A stretch of DNA of 55,092 bases, from NCBI GenBank assembly GCA_018828825.1, contig JAHJUV010000090.1, positions 1 through 55,092 on the forward strand, in the 5' to 3' direction. Source of the DNA: Planctomycetota bacterium (GTDB taxonomy: Bacteria > Planctomycetota > Phycisphaerae > Sedimentisphaerales > UBA12454). The stretch's first letter is position 1, and each line of letters begins with the position of its first letter. Shown here piece after piece: positions 17,321-27,901 of this stretch. The notes under the pieces were generated by a model. It had not been told where the DNA came from, searched no databases, and saw only the letters and a program-made list of their open reading frames with translations. The position numbers were made by a program, and so were the translations under genes.

Positions 17321-20300
17321 TCAGGGAACCAGATATCCATTTGTGTCATATTTAGGCGATGGTGAACCGGTATTGCTCTCAGGAACCGCAGAATCCCTCG
17401 CATAGACCCTGTAAACACTGTAGTTCGGGACGAGATACGGTCCTGCTATCCATGTGGGGCTTAGCTGCCAGTTGCTGCTTGTGCCTGCTCCGTTAGTACA
17501 CTCGAAATAATAGTAAACAGGCGGACTAACGTCGTTAGCTTCAACAGCGGTCATAGTATGATAGTAGAATTGTCCGTCGTAGGTATAAATAGGTGTACCT
17601 CCGGCAGCCCACTGGCTCGGATTAGGATTCGGCGGAGTAGTATCTTCTGTCGGCTCAGTAGTAGCTGAGGCAGAGTCTGAGTAGCTGGTTGAGTTTTGAT
17701 TAGATGACTTATCACGGGCCATAACCCTATAAGTATATGGAGTACTCGGTAAAAGACCGATGTCTTCATAATTTGGGTCATCCTGCCATCCGCTGCTTGT
17801 TCCTCCGGCATTGCCGCTTGTCTCCTCGAACCAGTATTCGACGCCGGAAATATCCGTAGCGGTTGTTGCAACCATACGGATAGAATCGCTTGATGTTACA
17901 TAAGGAGCTGTTACCCATGTCATTGGATCCGGTTTAGGCGGGGTTCTGTCTTCGTTCGGTTCCGCATAGCCAATAACACTCCAGTCGGTTTCGTTATATT
18001 TGGCATCTCTTGCCTTGACCTGATAGCCATACTGTTGCCCCGGAGTAAGACCAGTGTTGGTATATGTTGTGTCCACGCTCCAGCCGCGATTATTACCGCC
18101 GCCGGACGTGCACTCGAAATAGTATTCGATTATCGTACTCGAGTTATCCCTTGCAGCGGTTGCCCGCATTGTAATTGAGTTCAATCCCGCCGAACGCGGC
18201 GATAACGCCCAGGTCATCGGGTTCGGTCTTGGCGGGACGGTTTCTGTTTTGCCGTAGTTCTCTGCGAAGAGAGCAAAATCTTCAAAATCTACTCTGCCGT
18301 CTTTGTTCAAGTCGCGGCCGGAACAGAAATACGGGAAGCTGCATCCGTCATCCAGCCAGCAGAGCATAAACAGACCAAGGTCTTCAATTGTTAGAATACC
18401 GTCAAAATTTAAGTCGCCGAGCAGGTCGGCAATCAATGTATAATGATAACCCATATCCACATTAGAGTCGGCAACATCAATAATATGGTCGGTTCTCGTA
18501 GTGTGTTTATACATACTGTTATCTACGGCAGAGCCATAGCCTGCATCAACACACGGACTATCCACTGTTTGGCAGGGGTCTGATGTTGCGAGCTGGCTGA
18601 GGTAGTAATTGCCCCATGGCCCAATGACAAATAACGGGCTTTCCAAACTTGTGCCGTTAAAGTTGCCTGTGTTCCAGTCGAGTATGCAGCCGTTTTCTGT
18701 ATCAGCAAATATACCGGCCTGACCGTCCCTTACGTCGCTGTATGAAACATCTACCCTGGCGCCGTGTTTATCTGCCGCATCGAAAGTGTTTCCGATGGAT
18801 ATTTCCGAACCATATTCGGCGTTGTTATTCCAGAGGATACTATTAACAACCTTTGTATAAGCTTCGTAGGCACAGCTTAAACCGCCGCCGTAGTCTGAAG
18901 CGAAACCGGTACCTGAAACAGTGTTATTTGTTATTGTACAGTTTGACAGCGTTAATTCTGCATTCCAGTTGGCAGATACGCCGGCGCCGTCGCGACTTGC
19001 ATTATTGGAAGTTATGAGGCAATTGTGCATATTCGGCTCAGAGTTACTGGTGAAATAAGCGCCGCCGCCTGACACTTCCGCAGTATTGCTGTAAATCTGA
19101 CAGTCGTAGAACATCGCATCGCTCGAGGAATAAATCGCGCCGCCCTGACCTGCCGGACCGATAGCCTGATTATTGCCGAAATAACAATCGACAATAAATG
19201 AACTGTTGTTAACCATAGCCATGCCGCCGCCAATCATCGAAATGCAACTTTCAAAAGTATTATTGACCAGATAAGCGGTTGCACCTTTCTGATATATACC
19301 GCCGCCTGAACAGGCACGGTTATTGATAAAGGTGCAGTTCTCTATAATTTGCGTCGCATCTTCAGCGTCTTCAACACCGGTGTTTTCAGTGCAGATTGCA
19401 CCGCCGTAGCTTACTACCGGACTGTAGAGCGTGGCACCGTCGGGAAGGTTGACATCGCCGATTTGGCCCCTCGTGTCGGCTTCGTTATCGATGAATACGC
19501 AATCCGTGAATTTCGCCTCGCTGCCCCTGGCGATATATACGGCGCCGCCGAAAGATGGGATGGCGTAGTTATAATGAGGCCAACCGCTATAATCGACGTC
19601 ACTTATACCACTTGTGCCGCTGTAAGCAACATTGCCCTGGAAAAGACAACTTTCAAATACAGGCTTGCTTCCGCTTGCACAGTAAATAGCGCCGCCTTTA
19701 CCGCTGTAATACCAGTAAGGCTCGTATGGGCCGAAATCCCATCTGCTGGAGAGAGGATCGCCCCAGTTTCCGCCGTGGCCGCCTGGATCACCGTTTACGC
19801 CGTTGCCGCCGTTTCCACCCTGTACATAGCAATCTATAAAGTTACAATTTTTGACCAATGGATTGCTTGTTTCGTCTATTCCAATAGCGCCGCCGTGTGC
19901 CCAGCCGGCCCAGCCGCCGTCGCCGGCTTCGCCTGAGCCGTCACAGCCGTTGGCGCCCAGAGCAGAGCAGTTTATAAATCGGCAATTTCGAATTGTAGGC
20001 GAAGCGTTATAGAGTCTCATTGCTCCGCCGAGAATGGTGAATCCGTTATACCCGTCTCCGCCCGGATCACTATGAGCCCATGTTGCACTGCAATCGAGGA
20101 ATCCTGCGTAATAATGAGCATCCTGGATAGTGACGCCTTCGATGGTCATCGTTCGGTCAACATCGAGGATGGTAAAACCATTGCCGAGGATAATTGTCTG
20201 AGCGATGATACAGGGATCATCCGGCGCAGAACTGGTAATGGTTATATTTTTACCGTTTATTAAAATTGTCGAATAATCAAAATTACTCTCACTCAAGCTA

Positions 20301-23300
20301 TATGTACCTGTAGCTAAAATAATAGTGTCGCCGCTAACGGCAGCATTGATTGCAGAGCCGAGGTCCGGATAGTCGGTCGGCACATGAATCTCGTCCTGCA
20401 GTTGTGATGGGTCATCGGTAACAAGCCCAAAGCTAACAGTGACTTTTTTGCTCCTATCCATTGTTGTGATAAAATTATTACTATCTGTCTGCTGGCCCAC
20501 GTCGTCAACGAACCAATTGGCTACCTTACAGTTGGCATCCGGGACGGCCTCAAGTGTTATTATTTGTCCTGCGTAAATATTATAGGTATAGCCGGCCAGC
20601 CAGGGCGCTTTAATAGTGCCGTAGGCGGGGTCGTTAACATCTACCGTTAATTCATAACGTCTTGTTATGCCTTCAGAATAATGATAACCAAGGTCAACAA
20701 TACCAATATCTTTGAAATTATCAACTCTTGTTGTGTAACTATCAAGGCTGAGATTTGCCGCCAGAGCGCTGCCGATATCGAAACAGGGGCTGGTATAGAC
20801 TTGCAGAGCGTCTATATGGCTTAAGTAGTAGTTGATGCCGGGAACGAAATTCGGGTCTTCGGCGATATTGCTGCTGCCGGCAGCGGTCCACATATCGTTC
20901 GCGTCTTTCTGAAGGCCGGTTATTGTACAGCTTCGTTCCGTATAAACGGGTACAGATGTACCAAGCATAGAGATGGCAGCACTGACATTTACTCTTGGCT
21001 TTGTAATTGCAATCCTTGTATCCGTTACAGGATTGCCGCTCGCGGTAAGGGCTGCTTTGACCTGAGCGGGTGTCAGGTATGCGCCTGTTATTTGTTTTGC
21101 GGCGTTTTGAAGAGCCGCTACGGCGCCCGCTGCATAAGGACATGCTGCCGAGGTGCCGTTAAAATATTGATAGTAATCTCCAGTGTTATAACCGCCGGTA
21201 CCGACAATATCTGTCGTATAGGCATTTTCTGAAGGAGCAAGAATGTCTAATATACCCGCGGTATTTGAATAACAGGTTACCCCGTCGGGCTGGGTTTGAA
21301 CATAACAATTCTGAGAATAGAATGTTGCGTCATATACGGCGCCTACGCTTATTACATCTGACATTGCCGCCGGCCAGGAAATACCGTCGGTGAAACCGTT
21401 ATTACCGGAAGAAGCAAGAATTGTGATTCCTGCCGAATTGGCAGTTGCTGCCGCTATTGCAAATGCAGGATAGTCGTTATCTGCAGCAGCGGAACTGCTA
21501 TAATAGCCTCCCCCAAGGCTATTGCTTATGGCCTTGATAGGATCGGCCAAATTATCATTTCTGTGGCTTATACACCAGTCCCAGGCGGCAAGAATATCTG
21601 CACTAAAGAAATATCCTGCGTTATCAGGGCTGGCCTTTAGAGCATATATTTTAGCGTTATAGGCGCCGCCGCCGATGTAATCGCCGACTGTGCCGAGCGA
21701 ACCTGCGGCAATGCCTGCACAGGCCGTACCGTGAGCTACGCCTACGGGTATTGGGTCGGCATCGTCACTTCCGGTATCATAACCGCCGATAACTTTACTG
21801 TTCGGGAATGTCCCGCCGCCCAGTCTCGGATGGGTGTAATCAACGCCTGTATCAACGATAGCAATAGATACGCCCTGTCCATTGTAGGTTGCTCTTGTAT
21901 TTAAAGCATTCATTAACGGGATGCCCTGAGCAGTCATAGGATAAACTGTTCTTACCGGCTCAATATGGGCGACCACAGAGCTTACGAGAAGTTTAGAGAG
22001 ACCGGTGGATGTTGCAGTGCCGCTGAATGCCGCTACGTTCGTAAGCTTATGCCGCAGCGTAAATTCACTCGGAGTAACAGTTGAAAGAGCCTGATCTTGC
22101 AATGTTGCGATTTGACTTTGCAGAGTACTTACAGAATCAGGCGACGACCAATCTGTTGTTTGTGCCTCGGCCGGTTCGACAAGGCTTATGATAATCTTTG
22201 CCGAGCCTGAAGAGTTAATTTCATCATAAATTGTTTGTTCATCGACAAGTTTTGGGATGGATGTTGAGCCCGAACTGCCCGAATCAGATTCATTTGGATC
22301 TAGGCCGGAGCCGTATCTCAGGTCAATATCGCTGTATGTTATGGTAAGACTTGACGGCATATCTGTGAAGAATCCACCGTCGCTTAAAGCGATTTGCGAA
22401 CCATCCATACCGCTATTGTTCCAGAATATGGAGTCTTTGACAATCGTGTCGCTTTCATAGGAGCAGAACAAACCGCCGCCGTTGCTGTTCGTATCGGTTA
22501 CGGAGTTGTCTGCGAGCGTACAGTTTTGAATTGTTGGCTTTGCAAAGAAAGTTGAAGCAATACCGCCGCCTGAATCGGCTGCATTATTGTTGGTTATCAG
22601 ACAGTTCTTTATCAACGGTTTTTGGAGGAACATCGTATCGCCATCAAGGCAGATACCGCCTCCGGTCATTCTTGCGTAGTTTTCGGTTATAGCAGTATCG
22701 TTAATGTCAATCAACGATGAAAGAGCGTATATACCGCCGCCTGAACCAAACAAAGCATAGCCTGTATCTTCTACAGTACCGGACTGAGTACCGGCAGTAT
22801 TGCCTTTTACAGATGATTTTGTTATTTCAACGATGCTGTCCATCGCGAGTATGCCGCCGCCGGAGTAAGAATTATTATTTATTATATTACATTCCGTGAC
22901 GTGCAAATCAGTCCAGAGACTGTATATACCGCCGCCGATAGGAGCCGAGTTCTGTATGAATTTACAGTCATTAACCTCTGCAATATTTGCATACCACAGG
23001 CTCAGACCGCCGCCGCCGCTGCAATCGCTGTCGTCTGAAATTACTGTTTCGCCTACATTCGTAGATATCGTTTCATTATTCTGCATATTGCAGTCTGAAA
23101 ATTTTACATTAGAATTTACATCACAGAATACACCGGCGCCAAAGCTTGGGAGATGATAATTTTTATTCGGCTGCTGCTGGGTGCCATAGTAGCTTATGCC
23201 GCCTAATCCGCTGATGCTGCCTTCTGTTGCATTATCTGTAATAATGCAGTTGATAAATGTGGCATTGCAGCCCCAGCCGACATAAACAGCTCCGCCGCGA

Positions 23301-26212
23301 GCGCTGTTATTACTTACTATATCGCCCTGACCTGCACGCGATACTGTGGTAAGACCGCCGTATGAGCATGGGTCTGGGAAATTAAATCCAGCCAGTCCGC
23401 CATTTCCGCCTTGTCCGCCTTTTGCAAAGCAGTTTCTAATAGTACAGTTTTCAAAGGTTGGGCGTGGCAAAGTGAGTGGAGGAAGCCCATATGTCATCCA
23501 GAGCGGCAAGTCATTATCGTCAATTATAGATATACCTCCGCCGAATGCTCCGCCGCCCAAACCGCCTTGTCCGGCATCACCATTATTAGGTTCGGTATCA
23601 GAAGAATAACTATAACCATTTGCGCCGTTTCCGCCGATTCCGCCGACTGCGCAGCAGTCCTCAATAATAGTATTCTTGAAAACAGGGCTGCCGCCTAAAA
23701 TGATAACGCCTGCGCCGTAAACGGTTCCGCCGTCGCCGCCAAAGCTGCCGTTATGGATGGTCGAGTTTCCATCAGCGCCGTCTCCGCCGGTACCACTTCT
23801 GGAGTTTATATTGCGTATAATACAATTCAAAACCTGATGATCACCGCCAATATATAGTCCTAAACCTCCATTCCAGCCGCCGCCTTGTCCAGGGAAGCTG
23901 GGTTCGTTGCTGCCAAAACCGTCCCCGCTATACAAATCGATATTGGCTATAGTTATCCCATTCAGCACGGAGGTACCTGTACCTACAATTTGAAATCCTA
24001 ATGGTCCCCGCAGAGAATCTTCGCCGCTGCCATCTATAACTACGGTTTCAGGATTTTCGGGGTCACCTATGATTGTGATAGATTTATTATACACCCAAAA
24101 ACCTGTTGCGATATAAGTGCCGGGAGCGATTTGTATTGTGTCGCCGTCGTTAGCATCATCAATGGCGTCCTGAATGCATAAATACTGTCCGGGCACATGC
24201 AGAACTCGCGGAATATGATAGCTTACATTAACAGTGTGATTAGCGTCCATTGTTACAGTATTGGTAAGCTCAATTGTATTGTTATCGTCTGTGCCGCTCC
24301 ATATTACCACGGAGTCCAGAGGTATAGTTGCAGTAAGCGGGACAATCGTGCTTTCATTAAAAAGTTGTCCGGTAGGATAATTTGGATCTATTGTTGTGCC
24401 GCTGGCAGCATTTGTGGTCAGGGTGAATTGTGGAATCAGCTCGAACTCTACTTTAACAAGTTTATTTGAAGTCATTGTAACGGTGTTTGTGTTGACATCT
24501 GATGCAGGCTTATTATCCGCGTCGTCTGTCCATTGCTTAACTCTATAGCCGGACTCAAGAGTTGCAGTAATCGTGACGGTCTTTCTTGCCGGCTGGTAGT
24601 ATCGTCCCGGACTGATTGTACCATGCTTTTGTCCGTCCGGCAGAATAATGACTCGCGTATCGAGCATAAATTTGCCGAATTCCACGGCTACCGTAGTGCC
24701 TGAGTCAAGGGTAACTATATATGTTGTATTTGGACCGTAGATAACCGTGTAGGTATTAGGGTCATTGATGTCAAAAGTTGCTGTTCTGCCCTTGAGCCAT
24801 CGATTGACACCATAAATGTTCGGATCTGTCGGGTAAGCATTTATGGTAATCTGGCTGTTTTTCGGGAAACTGGCGCCGGTGGGAGGATAGTTTGGATTGA
24901 TTGTACCGTTCCCGCCGTAAACGAGAGTAATAAGTTTGCATATAGATGGGGCGAACGTAGCCGTTACGGTATGGTTAGCGTCCATTGTAATAAGTCTTGT
25001 TGTGTTGGTATCGCTGACATCATTGCCATCGATAATCCATTTTTCGATGTAGTCGTTTGGGTCAGTTGGATTTGCTGTAAGGAGCACTTCTGAAAATTGT
25101 GTATATGAAGGAAGATTCGGGCTTGGAGTTACTGTTCCGGGGTTTCCGTTGGGGTCAACGCCGGTAGTAAGTACATAGTTGGCATCAATGCCGCTGTCAG
25201 GATAATGGAAGCCCATATCAACAGTATTTGAGTCGGGTATATTATCTGTTCTGGTGGTAAATGAATGGCCCGAGCCGAATATCGTATCGTTTGAATCGCC
25301 GCCGGTATCTATACAGGGACTATTGGGAGCAAGCTGGCCTGCGGCAATCTGGCTTAAATAATAATTACCCCAAGGTCCTGTTTTAAGCAATGGGTCGGTG
25401 TTTATATTGCCTGTTCCCGTGTCGCCGTCCTGAATGCAGGAATATGTTAATGTTGTCGGTCCGTAAATATCATCGCCATTGTTCCACAGGATAGAGTTTC
25501 TTACCGTTGAGCTTGAACCATAGGAGGCATAAACGCCGCCGAAACCGCCGCTGCCTGTGTTATCTGCGATAGTACAGTTTATGATGGCCGGCGAAGAATA
25601 GTCGTAGCAGTCGATAGCGCCGTAGCCGTTTAGCGAGTTATTATCAGTTATAAGACAATTTGTTATATCCGGCGACGATTCACTGCTGCACTCAATAGCG
25701 CCGCCGTCATAATAGGAAATGTTTCCAGCTATAATACAATTATTGATAACAGGAGATGCATAAAAGCAGTCTATAGCGCCGCCATATACTGCGGTACTGT
25801 CTGTTATGATACAGTTGTTAATGGTAGGTGAGGCATCTTCGCATTCTATAGCTCCGCCGTAGTATTCATCACCATTTTTGATTGTAATACCTTCTACGGT
25901 AGCAGCGGGTGTTTCGCCGCTATGGAAATAAAAACCGCGTCCAGCGTTTCCGCAGTCGATTATACAGTTATTCGGATTGCCGCTCGCACTGCGGACAGTG
26001 ATTAACTTGCCGCCGAAATCCAGGTCTCGGTTATTGCTGCCTGCATAAGTTCCATCAGCGAGTTCAACTGTATCGCCTGAGCATGCATCAGCAATTGCAC
26101 CCCTAATGTTGTAGTACGGGCCGGAGACCTGGTCAACTACACGGATTGCTGCACTGCCGATAGAGGTTAATAGAAGAGTTAAAACGAAACTGAAAATAAG
26201 TTTTTTATTCAT
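17321..26212 (-). CDS. giant secreted multi-domain protein: signal peptide, 3 right-handed beta-helix modules, InlB-B-repeat-like domains, internal I9-like propeptide + S8 subtilase, dockerin-like EF-hand pair, 3 FN3-like domains
   Basis: Uninterrupted 2987-codon ORF. The best start is ATG 26212 (MNKKLIFSFVLTLLLTSIGSAA). Recurrent GGAI/GGGI beta-helix turns. S8 triad motifs DTGVD, HGTACAG and GTSAACP. DLNFDG...DLNKDGRVDFEDF. Three PPxPxP(M)xW...ARD repeats at the C-terminus. Confidence 0.9.
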   Translation of the reverse strand: MNKKLIFSFVLTLLLTSIGSAAIRVVDQVSGPYYNIRGAIADACSGDTVELADGTYAGSNNRDLDFGGKLITVRSASGNPNNCIIDCGNAGRGFYFHSGETPAATVEGITIKNGDEYYGGAIECEDASPTINNCIITDSTAVYGGAIDCFYASPVINNCIIAGNISYYDGGAIECSSESSPDITNCLITDNNSLNGYGAIDCYDYSSPAIINCTIADNTGSGGFGGVYASYGSSSTVRNSILWNNGDDIYGPTTLTYSCIQDGDTGTGNINTDPLLKTGPWGNYYLSQIAAGQLAPNSPCIDTGGDSNDTIFGSGHSFTTRTDNIPDSNTVDMGFHYPDSGIDANYVLTTGVDPNGNPGTVTPSPNLPSYTQFSEVLLTANPTDPNDYIEKWIIDGNDVSDTNTTRLITMDANHTVTATFAPSICKLITLVYGGNGTINPNYPPTGASFPKNSQITINAYPTDPNIYGVNRWLKGRTATFDINDPNTYTVIYGPNTTYIVTLDSGTTVAVEFGKFMLDTRVIILPDGQKHGTISPGRYYQPARKTVTITATLESGYRVKQWTDDADNKPASDVNTNTVTMTSNKLVKVEFELIPQFTLTTNAASGTTIDPNYPTGQLFNESTIVPLTATIPLDSVVIWSGTDDNNTIELTNTVTMDANHTVNVSYHIPRVLHVPGQYLCIQDAIDDANDGDTIQIAPGTYIATGFWVYNKSITIIGDPENPETVVIDGSGEDSLRGPLGFQIVGTGTSVLNGITIANIDLYSGDGFGSNEPSFPGQGGGWNGGLGLYIGGDHQVLNCIIRNINSRSGTGGDGADGNSTIHNGSFGGDGGTVYGAGVIILGGSPVFKNTIIEDCCAVGGIGGNGANGYSYSSDTEPNNGDAGQGGLGGGAFGGGISIIDDNDLPLWMTYGLPPLTLPRPTFENCTIRNCFAKGGQGGNGGLAGFNFPDPCSYGGLTTVSRAGQGDIVSNNSARGGAVYVGWGCNATFINCIITDNATEGSISGLGGISYYGTQQQPNKNYHLPSFGAGVFCDVNSNVKFSDCNMQNNETISTNVGETVISDDSDCSGGGGLSLWYANIAEVNDCKFIQNSAPIGGGIYSLWTDLHVTECNIINNNSYSGGGILAMDSIVEITKSSVKGNTAGTQSGTVEDTGYALFGSGGGIYALSSLIDINDTAITENYARMTGGGICLDGDTMFLQKPLIKNCLITNNNAADSGGGIASTFFAKPTIQNCTLADNSVTDTNSNGGGLFCSYESDTIVKDSIFWNNSGMDGSQIALSDGGFFTDMPSSLTITYSDIDLRYGSGLDPNESDSGSSGSTSIPKLVDEQTIYDEINSSGSAKIIISLVEPAEAQTTDWSSPDSVSTLQSQIATLQDQALSTVTPSEFTLRHKLTNVAAFSGTATSTGLSKLLVSSVVAHIEPVRTVYPMTAQGIPLMNALNTRATYNGQGVSIAIVDTGVDYTHPRLGGGTFPNSKVIGGYDTGSDDADPIPVGVAHGTACAGIAAGSLGTVGDYIGGGAYNAKIYALKASPDNAGYFFSADILAAWDWCISHRNDNLADPIKAISNSLGGGYYSSSAAADNDYPAFAIAAATANSAGITILASSGNNGFTDGISWPAAMSDVISVGAVYDATFYSQNCYVQTQPDGVTCYSNTAGILDILAPSENAYTTDIVGTGGYNTGDYYQYFNGTSAACPYAAGAVAALQNAAKQITGAYLTPAQVKAALTASGNPVTDTRIAITKPRVNVSAAISMLGTSVPVYTERSCTITGLQKDANDMWTAAGSSNIAEDPNFVPGINYYLSHIDALQVYTSPCFDIGSALAANLSLDSYTTRVDNFKDIGIVDLGYHYSEGITRRYELTVDVNDPAYGTIKAPWLAGYTYNIYAGQIITLEAVPDANCKVANWFVDDVGQQTDSNNFITTMDRSKKVTVSFGLVTDDPSQLQDEIHVPTDYPDLGSAINAAVSGDTIILATGTYSLSESNFDYSTILINGKNITITSSAPDDPCIIAQTIILGNGFTILDVDRTMTIEGVTIQDAHYYAGFLDCSATWAHSDPGGDGYNGFTILGGAMRLYNASPTIRNCRFINCSALGANGCDGSGEAGDGGWAGWAHGGAIGIDETSNPLVKNCNFIDCYVQGGNGGNGVNGDPGGHGGNWGDPLSSRWDFGPYEPYWYYSGKGGAIYCASGSKPVFESCLFQGNVAYSGTSGISDVDYSGWPHYNYAIPSFGGAVYIARGSEAKFTDCVFIDNEADTRGQIGDVNLPDGATLYSPVVSYGGAICTENTGVEDAEDATQIIENCTFINNRACSGGGIYQKGATAYLVNNTFESCISMIGGGMAMVNNSSFIVDCYFGNNQAIGPAGQGGAIYSSSDAMFYDCQIYSNTAEVSGGGAYFTSNSEPNMHNCLITSNNASRDGAGVSANWNAELTLSNCTITNNTVSGTGFASDYGGGLSCAYEAYTKVVNSILWNNNAEYGSEISIGNTFDAADKHGARVDVSYSDVRDGQAGIFADTENGCILDWNTGNFNGTSLESPLFVIGPWGNYYLSQLATSDPCQTVDSPCVDAGYGSAVDNSMYKHTTRTDHIIDVADSNVDMGYHYTLIADLLGDLNFDGILTIEDLGLFMLCWLDDGCSFPYFCSGRDLNKDGRVDFEDFALFAENYGKTETVPPRPNPMTWALSPRSAGLNSITMRATAARDNSSTIIEYYFECTSGGGNNRGWSVDTTYTNTGLTPGQQYGYQVKARDAKYNETDWSVIGYAEPNEDRTPPKPDPMTWVTAPYVTSSDSIRMVATTATDISGVEYWFEETSGNAGGTSSGWQDDPNYEDIGLLPSTPYTYRVMARDKSSNQNSTSYSDSASATTEPTEDTTPPNPNPSQWAAGGTPIYTYDGQFYYHTMTAVEANDVSPPVYYYFECTNGAGTSSNWQLSPTWIAGPYLVPNYSVYRVYARDSAVPESNTGSPSPKYDTNGYLVP
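20963..22204 (-). other. I9-like propeptide plus peptidase S8 (subtilase) catalytic domain embedded in the giant protein
   Basis: Propeptide-like KIIISLVEP...FTLRHKLTNVAAFSG...VAHIEPVRTVY. Catalytic Asp codon 21851-21853 (VSIAIVDTGVD), His 21731-21733 (HGTACAG), Ser 21149-21151 (GTSAACPYAAG). Confidence 0.8.
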
Positions 26213-26534
26213 AGTAAATTTGCTCCATCCTGACAGATTTAGGCAGGTTTCCTTTTTCTCTGTTCTGGTCATATTTCTTTCCAAAAAACTTTAAACTTTA
26301 AGCGCACTATTTTTCTGTAATCAGGCTGAGTCGTTTCAAAAATAGTCTGTTTTGCAAAGTCTGTTCGCCCATATACCGGCTATCCGTTTTGCCGGCTAAA
26401 GCGACAGAGTGTACCTCATCCTTGAGCCCCAAACAGTCAATAGATTTTATCAAACTTTCAGCCCTATTGCAAGATAAAACCATCGTTCCAACCTTTTCGG
26501 CAAGCCTTTCTGGTAAAAGAACTTCCGTTATTTA

Positions 26535-26563
26535 TTGACAGTAGCGCCAACTATCTGTAATTT
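26535..26563 (+). promoter_or_regulatory. sigma70-like promoter candidate for dapL (TTGACA-17 nt-TAATTT)
   Basis: -35 at 26535-26540 and -10 at 26558-26563. Followed by the 14-bp palindrome ctgcgatatcgcag at 26576-26589. Confidence 0.35.
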
Positions 26564-26653
26564 AGTCTGCACTTTCTGCGATATCGCAGGATATATCGGC
26601 TTATTTTTTCCGTAATATAACCTGTTCGTTTTATTGGCTTTAGTGGAATAGCT

Positions 26654-27892
26654 ATGATTAAGATTAACGCTAATTATCTGAAATTGGAGTCCGGTTATCT
26701 TTTTCCGGAAATTTCCCGCAGAGTCAGGGCATTTTCAGCAAAAAATCCTGATGCGAAGATTATCAGACTCGGGATTGGAGATGTAACCGAGCCTTTACCT
26801 CCAGCTATTATAGAAGCGATGCACAAGGCCGTTGACCAGATGGGCAGCAGGGCCGGTTTTAAAGGCTACGGCCCGGAGCAGGGCTACGATTTTCTCATCG
26901 AGGCGATAATAGCCAATGATTACAAAAGCCGAGGCGTAAGTCTCGAGAACACAGAGGTTTTCGTTAGTGACGGTGCTAAATGTGATACCGGCAATTTCCA
27001 GGAAATATTCGGTATTGACAACGTGGTCGCTGTAACAGATCCGGTCTATCCTGTTTATGTAGATACGAATGTTATGGCAGGCAGGAGCGGCGATGCCGAC
27101 AAAACAGGCCGGTTTTCTGGAATAATTTATATGCCGGCTACGGCCGATAATAACTTCGTTCCCGAATTGCCGAAAGAAAAAGTGGATTTGATTTATCTTT
27201 GTTTTCCCAATAATCCGACCGGTGCCGTTGCCACAAAACAGCAGCTAAAAAGATGGGTCGATTATGCACGGGACAATAAAGCAATAATTTTATTCGATGC
27301 CGCTTATGAGGCGTTTATATCCGATAATCCCGAGTCCATCGGGATCCCTCACTCGATATATGAGATTGAAGGCGCCAAAGAGGTGGCAGTCGAATTTCGC
27401 AGTTTCAGCAAGACGGCTGGTTTTACCGGCCTTCGATGCGCGTTTACAGTTGTGCCTAAAGAATTAAAAGCCTGGACGAAAGACGGCAAAGCTGTAGAAG
27501 TCAATCCGATATGGAACAGACGACACTGTACGAAGTTTAACGGCGCAAGCTGCATTTCGCAGGCGGCAGCAGCGGCGGTTTATACCGCACAGGGCAAAAA
27601 ACAGGTTCGCAAAATAATCGAACTCTATATGTCTAACGCGGCTCTTATCAGAAGCACGCTCGAAAAACTCGGGCTTCAAGTTTACGGCGGCGTCAACGCA
27701 CCGTATGTCTGGCTCAAAACGCCTGATAAAAAAAGTTCGTGGGAGTTTTTCGATTATCTGCTCGAAAAAGCGAATGTTGTCGGCACGCCCGGCAGCGGTT
27801 TCGGCGCGGCAGGCGAAGGATTTTTCAGACTAAGCGCGTTCGGCAATCCGGCAAACGTGGCAGAGGCGATGGAACGCTTTAAAAAACTTTAA
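26654..27892 (+). CDS. dapL: LL-diaminopimelate aminotransferase
   Basis: Typical DapL N-terminus [23 protein letters not shown]-lysine motif [10 protein letters not shown]. About 410 aa. Confidence 0.85.
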   Translation: MIKINANYLKLESGYLFPEISRRVRAFSAKNPDAKIIRLGIGDVTEPLPPAIIEAMHKAVDQMGSRAGFKGYGPEQGYDFLIEAIIANDYKSRGVSLENTEVFVSDGAKCDTGNFQEIFGIDNVVAVTDPVYPVYVDTNVMAGRSGDADKTGRFSGIIYMPATADNNFVPELPKEKVDLIYLCFPNNPTGAVATKQQLKRWVDYARDNKAIILFDAAYEAFISDNPESIGIPHSIYEIEGAKEVAVEFRSFSKTAGFTGLRCAFTVVPKELKAWTKDGKAVEVNPIWNRRHCTKFNGASCISQAAAAAVYTAQGKKQVRKIIELYMSNAALIRSTLEKLGLQVYGGVNAPYVWLKTPDKKSSWEFFDYLLEKANVVGTPGSGFGAAGEGFFRLSAFGNPANVAEAMERFKKL

Positions 27893-27901
27893 GGAAGAAA
27901 A

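Noticed and set aside
17321-26212. Giant protein as an autotransporter, RTX/T1SS adhesin or DGR target
   Set aside because: No C-terminal beta-barrel and no GGxGxD nonapeptide arrays. No reverse transcriptase or template repeat in the window. It has a standard N-terminal signal peptide.
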